Positions 10,229-21,839 of a stretch of DNA of 27,857 nt are shown here, one piece after another. The notes under the pieces are model-generated. The model ran no database searches and had not been told where the DNA came from. It was given only the letters and a program-made list of their open reading frames with translations. Every line of letters begins with the position of its first letter. The first letter of the stretch is position 1. Location of the stretch: NCBI GenBank assembly GCA_016748015.1, contig JAAOMT010000038.1:24527-52383 (forward strand), written 5' to 3'. The DNA comes from Geosiphon pyriformis uo1 (lineage: Eukaryota; Fungi; Glomeromycota). Position numbers and translations under genes: made by a program.

Positions 10229-11785
10229 TCAAAAGCTCTGCTGCGGTTTTTCCTGCCTCCTTTTTTCATATTCAAGCCATTTACGAATTGCAGTCCTCGT
10301 ACGTTGTGGTTTAGGCACAGATATACGTCGCATCATAGTAGATACTGAACCTTGTGACATTTTACAGGTATTATTCGAAAGTGCAATAATTTCACTAGCG
10401 ATTTGAGCTTGAGTACATTTTGGGTTTTTAAGACGAGGACCAGCATATTTAATAAAATCATCTGTAAGAGCATTCTCTTCCATGGTTAGTGGTTGTGGAG
10501 AATAAGTGCTTTTCGTTACATCATTCCACCATTTAGATGCTGAGGTAGTCTGATGTGGAAGACCATTCAAGAAAAAGCTCTGTAATGTGGGCCCCTGTCC
10601 ATTGTTTGATTTATCTGACGCCTCACCAGAATTCGAAGATTTTGGGGCTTGAGCTATTGAAGAGTCAGAATTATATTGATGAAATATATTGTGTGGATAG
10701 TGTGGGAATGTAAATTGAAAATCATTTGAATTTCTTTGATTATTGTTATGCTTTTGGTTTTGTTCTTTTTGATATGGTTCAAATCTATCCTTAGATTTTG
10801 ATGTAAAATCTTCACTCTTGCTTAATCGATGAAAAGTTGAGGAAGATCTTTTAGTCAAAGAGTTTGATACTTTTTGGCATTTGTTTATTTGACCCATGGT
10901 GTCCCAAAAAGAGTAGATAGGAGGTGGCATGTGGTTGTGTTGTGAGCGATTAATAGAACGACCGTGAGAGGAAGAATTCATTGGTGTTGAATGAGGTTTT
11001 TGATTGGCCGGCCCCAGAAATTCTTTGTGTGAGGAGGAATCCATCGCACCTGATCGCACAGGTGATATGGTGTCTTGCATTTTTTTCATGTCAATCGCAG
11101 TTGCCATATGAGACTTTTTGGTTTTTCTATCAAATCTAGCGGGAAATTCTGTTTCAAGCAGAAAATTTTGATTTTTTCGACCACTCCTTACATCGAAGTC
11201 GCTTGATGATTGAAGTGAAATCTCATCTTCAGTTTCTGAAAGATCAACACCTTGTTGAATGTCATATGCAGACTGTGATGACTCAACAATTTGCATAAAT
11301 TCATCTTCAAGATCTTCATGTTCAGAAGAAGAAGAGATCGTTACGGTTGGGCTTTGACTTCTCTTTCTTTTTTCCTGATTTTTATCTTGTTCATAAAAAC
11401 TTTTTACAAAAAATTCCCGCTGCCAGTCAAGAGTTGAACTTGTAAAGTTGTTTGAGAGATCCGTGGGTATTTGTATGCACATATCTTTTGGGAGAAGTTT
11501 ACGTAACTCCTTAACTTTTTGGGAAGCATTTTTTAATGTCTTGCTGGCAAGTTTAAAGGCCTTTCCTGCCTTTGCATAAGCCTCTAAAACCTTTTGAGGA
11601 TTAAAAATTGAGGAGAATTTTTTTGGAATTATATATTGAGAAACGCAAAACTCGTTCTCATTTTTGATAATCTGATAGACTTTTAATTTCACTTTCAAGA
11701 GCGAAATTTCAAATAGCCATACCTCTTGTGTTTTTTCCACAATGTATTGCTCTTGTTCAACCTCAAGCAATGAAGAGTCGCTCAT
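10229..11785 (-). CDS. Putative transcription factor (~518 aa) with C-terminal lambda-repressor-like HTH domain resembling POU-specific/CUT domains
   Basis: A 1.56-kb stop-free ORF in very AT-rich DNA; the first ATG is at 11785 (the track start 11806 is TTG). Architecture: N-terminal helical region (LEAYAKAGKAFKLASKTLKNASQKVKELRKLL), basic NLS-like KRKR, acidic tract, long S/N/Q-rich disordered region, then DDFIKYAGPRLKNPKCTQAQIASEIIALSNNTCKMSQGSVSTMM...AIRKWLE (nt 10271-10468). ORF reality is well supported; the domain call is by eye. Confidence 0.85.
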   Translation of the reverse strand: MSDSSLLEVEQEQYIVEKTQEVWLFEISLLKVKLKVYQIIKNENEFCVSQYIIPKKFSSIFNPQKVLEAYAKAGKAFKLASKTLKNASQKVKELRKLLPKDMCIQIPTDLSNNFTSSTLDWQREFFVKSFYEQDKNQEKRKRSQSPTVTISSSSEHEDLEDEFMQIVESSQSAYDIQQGVDLSETEDEISLQSSSDFDVRSGRKNQNFLLETEFPARFDRKTKKSHMATAIDMKKMQDTISPVRSGAMDSSSHKEFLGPANQKPHSTPMNSSSHGRSINRSQHNHMPPPIYSFWDTMGQINKCQKVSNSLTKRSSSTFHRLSKSEDFTSKSKDRFEPYQKEQNQKHNNNQRNSNDFQFTFPHYPHNIFHQYNSDSSIAQAPKSSNSGEASDKSNNGQGPTLQSFFLNGLPHQTTSASKWWNDVTKSTYSPQPLTMEENALTDDFIKYAGPRLKNPKCTQAQIASEIIALSNNTCKMSQGSVSTMMRRISVPKPQRTRTAIRKWLEYEKRRQEKPQQSF

Positions 11786-14455
11786 TTTTTTTTTCAAAGT
11801 AGTCAAGTTAATTTTTATTACAAAGGGGACTATTATAGATTTAAAACAAAATGTAGTTATAATTTTGGTTCAATTTCAAAGGTTAAAAAGCAAAACGTTG
11901 AAAGTAAGAATTCTTTGGAATCTTGGAAGAGCTAGCGAAAAGCAAAAAGAATTATTGAAAGTGATATAAACAGCGTTCACAAAAACTATGGTGGCCAGTC
12001 TTGTTCCTATAACCTGGTTTTATGATTTCTAAATATCATTTTAAATTAGTAGTATATTATTTATATGTGAGTCTATGAAGATTCCTTGAAAAAGTGATTT
12101 TAGATATACTATGATCTTCAACTGTCTGTTTAGCAAAATAAAAGCTCAATGGGGTTTGATTTTAACTAGTTTTGACAACACAAGTGTTAGGAGCTAGACC
12201 GAATAAAATTTTGTGATTGCGCCAATTGTATGCATTTTCAAGTTTCCAAAATGAAAGTTGACATGAGAGTTAATTTCTGAAGAATTTTTGTAATAAAAAT
12301 ATATATTAAATTTCCAATGAATTTTCAACAGAAATTTCATTTTTTTTGTAATTTTTATTTGCTCCGCGCGCTCAAAGTAAAAAATTCAATAAACTTTAGT
12401 TTTAATAATTACAAGTATATGTTTTATCGAGTGGCTGTTTTGTTTTTTTTAAGGCTGTGGGTCGGTTTTTGATTGCCACTTTCAATAATCAATGAAACAG
12501 ATCTTTAACATATTGGTCAAAACTTGAATTATATATTTTTTTGAGGCTTTACTCAAGGAAAATCTTTTTTAAGTATTCATAAATACTTAATAAATATTCA
12601 AGATAATCTATTTCCCAATATTTTTATTTGATTGATTTAGTATATTTTTTTTTTAATTTTTCAAAAATTTTGGAATTGGATAAACATTCAAAAATTATCA
12701 TTGATTCCATATTATTAAAAAAAAGGGTATTGTTCGCTGAGAAATATATATTTTAAAATATTAAATATTATACAGCATAAAAGTTTTTTGATACCAGATT
12801 TTTTCTTGAGAAATCAAAATTATACTATAAAAATTATCATTTTATAAATGTTCGTAGTTCACTGTAATAGACTAATCAATCAATCAATCAATCACTAGGT
12901 AGTTATCACCGAAATTTTAATTTTCCTATGGTATCCCCCGCGTAGCAACGCAAAAAAAAAAAAAAAAAAAATTTGTCTTGATTTTCCTATGTCAAAAATT
13001 TAATTTTTTCATTAATTTTCCCGTTCTAATCCAAAGACAGTGATTATTATAATTATTAATATTAATATTGAGTTAAGAGAGAGAGCATTACCTGTACAAA
13101 AAAATTTTTTTTATGTATCAAAATGCGGCCAATCAATTTCACATAATTATGAAATCTAAAAATAATTGATTTGCTAAATTGGTGATCTTAAAATTCTTTT
13201 GCATAAGAATTAAATTTCCTTGAAAAGGAACACAAGCCCGATAATTTGGGTGATAAAATAATCTTATATTCAAATTTTAAATTTATATATGTCCAAAATG
13301 ATACATCACTGAGCTCATACACAATAGGTATTTAAACCAAAAAAAAATAGATTAAATTCTTGGGATCAAATCTCTTAAAAATATCTTATAGAAAGATAAA
13401 CGGAAATTTTTTACAGCTGCATTATACTTTGTATGGAAACAGGCACAGTGAGTCTAAAAGAGAGTAACCTATATTTGGTAAAAATAGGATCAGGTATAAA
13501 GAGAATGGGATTCAGTTTAAACAACAATAAAAATTTATTCGAATAATGAGAGAAATTAATCATTCTCTGTTTCTATCTTTCTTTATTTAAATTTTTATAT
13601 TATTAGAATCATTTACATTTAAATTATAAATAAAATTCTCAATTATCCAATTTTTCCTTTCACATGAATTGATAAACTGATAAAATTATTATTATTATTA
13701 TTATTAAAATGTAACCAAAAAAAAATTCTAATAGTTTTTATTATAACTCCGTGGTCAAAACCCATTGTCGTAGGTGTTTGTTATAATAATAATAAAAAAC
13801 TTTCCAAATTTATAAATGTGAAAATTTATTAAAGACTTTTGATATCAGTTACACGACATATAAAGATAAGTAATACTTAGTATAAATGGTAATATCTATT
13901 CTTGTATATACATTTCATTGAGGTAGATGGAATTCAAAAATTTCCTAAAATTTTCTTTTAATCAATGAACCATGATTGCATAGAATTGGCGTTCGTTGTG
14001 CAACATACTCTTTGTCTATGCTACCTTTTTGGAAAAAAACAAGAATCTTTACTTTTAAAATGCAATGCCTAATTTTTTTCAATCATGCTTTTTAATGAAG
14101 ATTGTTTCTTAATGGTCAAATGACGACAAATGACCAAATTATGATGAAATAAAAGGTATACTGATGTTCATTGAAAGGTTTTATTATAAGATGAAGATAT
14201 CTGACTTCTTTTTATTTGTTGCTTTTGAGATAAAAGTTGAATTATTGGTCAAATTTTATATATATAAATTTTAAAAATTTTAAGATGGGTTAATTTTTTT
14301 TAAAAATTAGCAAATTTAATATATAAGTTGAAAAAGAAAGTTTAATATATTTCAAAAAATTAGTTTTAGGGTAACTAATTTTTAATTATTCTAAAAAGTT
14401 ATTCAGTCTATTGATTTATATCTAATTTTAATATCGTTTTTTTTTTTTTTTTTTA

Positions 14456-14524
14456 NNNNNNNNNNNNNNNNNNNNNNNNNNNNNNNNNNNNNNNNNNNNN
14501 NNNNNNNNNNNNNNNNNNNNNNNN
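14456..14524. other. Assembly gap (69 N) flanked by poly-T runs
   Basis: Seen directly. Confidence 1.
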
Positions 14525-15871
14525 TTTTTTTTTTTTTTTTTGGAATATTTAAAAAAAAAAAAGTTAAAAAATTTTATATTATTATTAATAAATAAATGAA
14601 AATTTAAATGAGATCAAGATGTAAAAAAAAATTATTTTTAAATAAAATTAACCGCCATATTAAACAATCGTCATTATTTATGATTGGAATCCATTTTGTT
14701 CATTTACAATCCGAGGACGATTAAACTTTATTCGAAAGAAAATACATATATATATACAAGTTAAAACAAATAAAACAAAAAAGCCAAAAGCAAACAAACA
14801 AGCAAACAAACAAACAAACAAATAATCGAAGCCTTTCAAAACAAAAAGATCAGGAAATAAATTTTTAGAAGACCAATTAAAAAAATGTGTCGTAAAAAAA
14901 AAATCAAGAAATTAACAAGGCTTTTTATATATTGTTAACTTTTAAATCCAATGTTTTTTTAACTTAACTAGTATAGATCCCCTATTAAATGTCCCCAAAA
15001 AGTTTTTCCAAGATTTCAAGATTGATTATTAAACTGCCAAATAACATGTTTTTATCATTCGTTTTATTCTAACAAAACCAACTATTCTTCTAAAACATTT
15101 AGTTTCGAAACAAAAAATATTTTTCAATAAAGCTAATTTGTTATTAAATTGATCTTGTAAAAATTTTAAAGGATTTTAGATATTAGGGAAATTTCAATTC
15201 AAATATAATTTTATTCTCATTTATGATTGAAATTAATTATTAAAAAAACATTTAGATATGTGAAAAGTAAAAATTCCTAAATCATCATCTTATTTTAAAC
15301 CATTTCTCTGTGATCTAGATCATAAAGGAATCATAATCAAAAAATCTTGGATCCTTGTTCATTAAACCTCTCAATTAGATTCTTTAAAGGGAATTTTGTG
15401 TTCTGATAAGGAGCTAAAAGTGTTATGGTTATCCTAATTAAAATATATCTTGAAATGAAGATATCATTGAATGAAAAAAATTACTTGAATGAGATTATAT
15501 TGGGAAGGAAGTTTAGTTAATATATTATTTTTTTTTCTGATCTCTGAAATAATAATAATACTAATAGCACTTCCTCATAAAAATTTTGAAAATAACACTT
15601 AAAGACAAGATTTACGTATTAAGACTTTTTCAATTTCTTTTACATTTCTAAAAGAAGGCTTTGATTAAGGGAATATTTTTATCAAGAATGCTTATTTTTT
15701 AATCAAAATAACTTTAAATTTAGCTCAAAGTTTTTGAGAATCGCAAAACGTGATAAAGTACACGTAGTTGATTGATCTACTTTAATTGGTGAGAACTTTG
15801 TACAATTTTATACCTCGCGTTTGTTCGACATATATTGCGTTTGTTAATATTATTATTATTATTATTAGATG

Positions 15872-16950
15872 TACTATAACCCCCAAGAACTAACGCACCC
15901 AATTTGCATGGGTGATCACTTTTTAACAAATAAACTTCACATTTCTTTACTCTTTACAACTTTACAAAATTATGATAATCTTGTATTAAAAATTAGCACC
16001 CATTCATTCACAGTTAAACGAGATTAACAAAGGGCATATACATAGAAACCATAAATCGTGCTAAAATTGTAATAATGTTGTATAAGAAATTAGCCCTCAC
16101 TCACTCGTACACAGTTAAACATAGAAACCATAAAATCGTAAAATTAATATGACGCTTTATTGAAAAGTATCAAAGAATAGAAAATAGTTAAAATTATAAA
16201 CCACGGAAAAATTTTATTAGTGTGGAAAAATGACATGCACCACTCTACAAAATTTTCAAATACTACAAATCTACTCTACAATTCCGGACTTCATTCATGT
16301 ATCGCAGCAAAAAAATCTTTTATATCAGAAACACATGCTTATCCTCATGTTAGGTGGTAGTAGTGTGAGGAAAATAAAATAAAATTGGGCAAAAATTATC
16401 TTCTCTGATGAGACGATTGTGGAAATTGGGAAGCAATGACGATAAAAAAAAGTTTGACAGTAAACACTGGAGAAAATTTAATGTTAATTGCTTAGTAGTA
16501 CCTACTTTCAAAAGTGGACGAAAATCCATAATGGTTTGAGGGTGTTTTCGTGGGAGGATTAAAAAAGGAATATTAATATTTTGTGATAAATACAAAAAAA
16601 AATGGTGAAAATTTTTAATGTAAATGCTTACTTTGAAATCTTAAAAGCTAACCTGTTAACATTTCAGAACGTAATTAAGTTCTTTAACCGGAAAGCTACG
16701 CCAATTCATAGTGTGGGAAATATCAATAAATGGCTAACAGGGAAATAAAATAAGGACTATCAACTGGCCGGGCGAATTCGCCAGACCTGAATTCAATTGA
16801 GAATAAGCAAAAAAGTAAGTAAATTGGAAAAGTAGCAGAATTTTTTTTTGAATCGAGAATTACTTTTTTGGTACTGTACATGGTTTTAAGATGATACCTA
16901 CTACATTTAAATTTTACAAAGAAGTATGGATTGGGTGTCAATTAGCCACA
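15872..16950 (+). mobile_element. Degenerate Tc1/mariner DNA transposon (DDE transposase relic)
   Basis: GLHSCIAAKKSFISETH (16286), WAKIIFSDET (first Asp 16407-16409), PTFKSGRKSIMV*GCF (16501-16548), and WP-[frameshift]-NSPDLNSIEN (16765-16804). These are the Tc1 FSDE, VWGCF and SPDLNPIEN motifs in the correct order. Ends are uncertain; possible TIR remnants near 15872-15903 and 16929-16944. Confidence 0.9.
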
Positions 16951-19230
16951 TTTTTCTAGGATATTGAAAAACGTTTTAAAGTAATTCATTATCCAAACTG
17001 ATATTGACTTGTTCGCAATAATTACCTCAAAAGGTGTCCTCTCTCAATAAAAGGAATATTTCTTTTGTATTTGAAAAATTTTAATAGATTCAAGACCTTA
17101 AATGCCCATATGACACCAGTCGTTTTTTGATAGTTAGAGAATTAGAATTTGTTTGGATAAAGTTTTCATTCATTTGTTTAAACAAATAAGTCTTCATATT
17201 TTTAATACCTTTATGGTGTTCTCACTTTGGCAACATCTAATCCGAGAAAAATATAAATAACATAGTGAAACAAATAATTTATATTTATAGTCTTAAATAT
17301 CTCAAAGATCTTAAGCTTCTTAGTGGTTCTGAAAGTTGTATTAAATGATTATTTCCATTATTCTCGAAGCTTCCACCTCTCACTTGAGCAAAGAGCAATA
17401 AGGACCTTGAACTATATTAAATTCAATTCGAATCTTTTACACATCTACAGAAATTATTCCCATGTCTTTGTCAAAAGATCTTTAAAGTTTGGGATTAAAA
17501 ATGGATTGAAGACCCTTTAAAGATTTAAAATATGCATAGAAACCAATATTGGCAGGATTCTCGGTAAAGAAAAGCCGAAAAAAATCTCGGTTTTTCAATA
17601 TAAGTTATCACGACCAATTAAAAATATATATTGAATTGACCAAGAAATTGAAACTTTGGCTGCTGAAATCTTAACAAATTTTGACTTGAAACAAGATGAG
17701 CTAAAAGCTTGATGAAAAGATTAGCATTTCTAAATTGATGGGTAATAAATTATCTTTAATTGGGGAATAAAGAGCAATTATTATTATTTGCTCTTTATCA
17801 ACCAAAATAATCCAGCCTTATTTTCAGATTGTTATTTAAGTCATTGACCCAGGAGGTAAAAATAAATTCATACTATAAAATAGCCTATAAAAAAGATATT
17901 TACTTATAAACATCTTTCAATGCTGTTTTCACAACATTATTAAATACTCATTCAGCATTATCAATAGTTTTAATCGAATTGGTGGTGGTGGTATTTAGCC
18001 ATAGCCTTTTACAAGTTTATCTGCATTGTTTACAATATTACTGACCTTTCACATATGAAAATTTTATACTTCTTTTTAATAATTACATGTACCATGTCGT
18101 TAGACGTAACTTCTTTTTTCTTGTTCCTTTAATTTAGTTGGTTTCAATAGCTGGGAACTTAAAAACTTTATAAAAAAACTTCTCGTCAAATTATATGAAA
18201 GTACCATGAAATTGAGCCTAATTCTTGTAATTCTGTTTTCTGAGCAAGAAATTTTCTCTTGGTATTTTTAAGTAACTCAATGGTGATTTCTAAATTTTCT
18301 TTTAGCAAAAATCTCAAATTACAATATTTTACTTAACAAGTTAGACGCTATTATTTGTTTAATGAGATGCAATGTTTTCTTGTTGTGATTCACATTTAAC
18401 AATCAAAGAAGGACGATTTCAGAATTGATATTCATTAAGATAAATAAAAACCCTTATCTACAAAGTACATGTATTGTAGTTTTCAGCGTTAAAGCAAAAT
18501 CTCGAGCTAAATCTAATTGGTTGATTTGGTGTTCCAAATTAATTTTTAATAGATAAATTTTTTGATTATTGATTAAAATTATCTATTTAATTTTACAATT
18601 TTTTTTTGAAATAATTGGTTTGTTATAGGATTAATGGTACTTAAAAATCTCGCTTCGTATCATGTTAATATCATGTTAATATCAAATTGAGTTAATGAAT
18701 GGTAGCGTCATAAAAATTTTTTAACAGCCTTAAAGTTTTACTATTATAAATTATATAATTTATCTATAAAAAAATAACATGTTTATAAAATAAATTTAAT
18801 AAATAATTTTATGAATAATTTTGAAATTAAATTTGAACAATCATAATAATATTTTTAAAAAATACATCAATTTGAAACTATTTTAATTGTATTTAATCAA
18901 ATTTAATAATTATTTAATCATTTGATTTTTAATTTAATTTATTTCTATATTTAAATTTTTTGAAAAATTTCTATTGAGTACATTGTTACATGTTTTAATA
19001 AAAGGCCTCAAAATAATGAAATTAAAAATCAACAATAGAAAATAAATTTGAAATTTAAGGAATTCTCAGAAATAAGTTTTGAAAATTAGGAGTTAAAAAT
19101 AATTTTGTTAAATATTAGAAATTAAATCAACAAATATTGTATAATTCGTTTTAAATATTAATTTATTTTTTCTTTATTAATGAAAAAAATATGAATTATG
19201 CAATGTAAATAATAATAATAATAATAATAG

Positions 19231-19231
<1 letters not shown>

Positions 19232-19273
<42 letters not shown>
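19232..19273. repeat. Perfect 42-bp palindrome (AAT)7(ATT)7
   Basis: An AAT run abuts an ATT run with the centre at 19252/19253. Confidence 0.92.
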
Positions 19274-19895
19274 TTATAGTTTAATTATTTATTAATATAA
19301 AATTATTTTTTTGGTTTAACAATAAATTTAATTTTTTTACTGCTAATAGATGCATATTAAATAAATATAATATTTCGAATATTCAATAGATGATTTCAAT
19401 GAGATCTTTTAACCCTTGGTCGACGCTAACAATAATAGCAATAAACTAGTATATTTTGAATCTTTTCCATCATATTAGTTATATCACATTTTTTTAAATC
19501 TACATTTATTATCATGCTCGAACGTTTCTAGAGAATTATTATCTATTCCCGAAATTCAAAGAGAATCTATGAAACATTTTTAGAAACATAATCTATAGAA
19601 TACAGTTATTCAGGAAATTGGTATGAATCTAGAATAAAATATACATCAATTCTTACTGTATGTTATTATTTGACTATCATTTTTAAAAAAGAGATTTAGA
19701 AATAAGTTTTGATTTACAAATTATTTGAATTTTTCGAGTTGTTTGGAAAATTGGTAAATTTAGTTTTGCACCAATAAAAACTGTAATGATTCTTAAAAAG
19801 GTTGTTTTTTTTTCAAGTAAATTTTATGTTAAACAATTATCTGTTCATATGTTACCACTTTTATGTTTTTCTAAATATTTTCTGCAGCTTTAGCG

Positions 19896-19914
19896 CTGTC
19901 TCTTATACACATCT
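19896..19914 (+). other. Tn5 mosaic end / Nextera adapter sequence (library artefact)
   Basis: Exact 19-mer CTGTCTCTTATACACATCT. Confidence 0.97.
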
Positions 19915-19969
19915 AGAAAATATAGTCACACAATCACGCATTTTTTGATTGAATGAACTTTTTCATTTA

Positions 19970-21436
19970 CGAAATGTCGATCTTCAAGGTGCAGCAGAAA
20001 ATCCAAAAGAGGAAGTAAATGCGTTTCAAATATATGATGGTGGAACTTATTAGATCCATTTGGGAGATTATATCAAAATTTTAGAATTTCATAACAGTCA
20101 TTATATAACTATATTTAATAAGTAATAATTATCGGTGATAAACTCCAATTTCCAACATCATTGATCTTATGGTTTTCATTATTATTGCTACCGTTCAAAC
20201 TATACTGGATGATACTTCTGTTATTTTTGATTCAAGATAAGCGAAATATTATAGATGCTGGGTCATTACATTTCATCCGAAACAGAAACTCTTCTGGAAA
20301 AATTTGTGACAACATTCATTTGAGCAAGATCCTTTCCTTACATCTCAAAGTTCACATGAAAATTTTAATATTTTCAACGATGGCCAAGAATTTGAGAATG
20401 TAGATCAACATGAAGATGTTGATATAATCTTCCATTATAGGGATTCAAATTTTGCCAGTTAATTTAAGTGTTACTCATGAACAAGTTCAACCCATTTCTA
20501 ATGAACAAGAAGACGATGAAAATGAAGTAAATAATAGTTTTATTTTTAATAAAAATTTATTTGCAGATTATTTTTTTCACCGTTGAAATGTATGTTGATA
20601 AATCCAAACTTTCAAAGATTTGCCAGCTGATCTCGACGACACCGGTAACGATAAAGGAAGATTTATTGGAATAATAGCGAGACTATTGAGAAATCGGAAA
20701 GAAAAAACACGGGAGATTTGGCAAATTTTGAGAATTCGCAATATCTATCCAAGTCCCGAAAAAATTTAAAATGAGTTTAAATTAAATTTTTTAGCTTTGA
20801 TTAGTTTTAATATAAGCATTATCGGCATTTGATATGACGCAGATTTTGTGTTCAAAATTATGGTTTTATTTAAATTTATATGCAAAATACATGCTTCAAA
20901 GATCATTTCTTTTTTTATGAAAAACTAGCTGAAAAATTATTTAAGTATAATGAAGAGAGTTCTCATATTTCAATATTCGTGTGTGTTAATTCAAAAAATC
21001 TTGGATATTCCGATGAGAAGAGATTTTCATGGGAACATTAACATTTTTTTAAAAAAGCGTATTTTGCTTTTTTATTTAGCACTTTAGTCTTCTATAAAAT
21101 GTTCCATTCTTGATATTAAATATTAAAGCGACAAGTTAAGCTCCTTTTACTTTACCAAAAAGGAGTTTCAAATTTCAAAATAATAATCTAATTTTTAATT
21201 TACTATATATTGAAAACTTGGAAGGCTACTAGAAACTTTCCTTTCTCCCAACGATTTTGAAATTTTTAACCAAGATCAAGAATCTATGAGATTGATGAAC
21301 TTGAAGACTTGGATCTAGTTTTTTACTATACCAGAGGTTCCCATTTTGCCTATTAATCCAAGTGCTACTAACCGAGATTTACTCAACACTCTTTACTCAA
21401 ATAATGTTCAAACTCAACAAGCTGAACGTATATAAT
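19970..21436 (+). pseudogene. Decayed coding sequence of unknown function
   Basis: Successive protein-like fragments broken by stops and frameshifts: DLQGAAENPKEEVNAFQIYDGGTY*; QHSFEQDPFLTSQSSHENFNIFNDGQEFENVDQHEDVD; FTVEMYVDKSKLSKICQLISTTPVTIKEDLLE; IPEVPILPINPSATNRDLLNTLYSNNVQTQQAERI*. No family recognised. Confidence 0.35.
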
Positions 21437-21839
21437 GCTTTAATTTTCTAATTTTTTTTGAATTTAATTCATTAATGTATGACAATTTTTTGCCTACAAA
21501 TTTTTTCTCAAAATTTTTTTTTGATTCAATTTATGTTTGGTTTGACTATATTGCTTAATAAAAAATTGATAATTTTAAATCTATTTTTAAATTTGTATTT
21601 TTAAGTCGTATTAATTACAAACTTTTATTTCTCTACATTTTTAATATTGGAAAAATTGGACAAAAATTAGCATATACATGTGTAAAACTTCTTTTTTACT
21701 TTTTATACAATTTGGATTAAATGATATCTAAAAAAATTCTATTTGATAGACTTTATTTTCACTATTTTTTTAATGAAATTAATTTGCTACCTTGTACAGA
21801 ATTCACATTTGACATCAATGTTATTTCAATGAACGCAAC

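Noticed and set aside
10149-11969. Plus-strand ORFs 10149-10406 and 11742-11969 (likewise 4473-4700)
   Set aside because: Short antisense shadows of the real minus-strand genes, with no motifs.
16350-16941. Minus-strand ORFs 16350-16595 and 16723-16941
   Set aside because: Antisense to the Tc1 transposase relic.
17323-18540. Coding-like fragments on both strands (e.g. IDQEIETLAAEILTNFDLKQDELKA)
   Set aside because: Fragmented, no family recognised, and strand not established.
19409-19428. TTAACCCTTGGTCGACG, resembling a piggyBac terminus
   Set aside because: No matching inverted copy or piggyBac transposase was found in the window.
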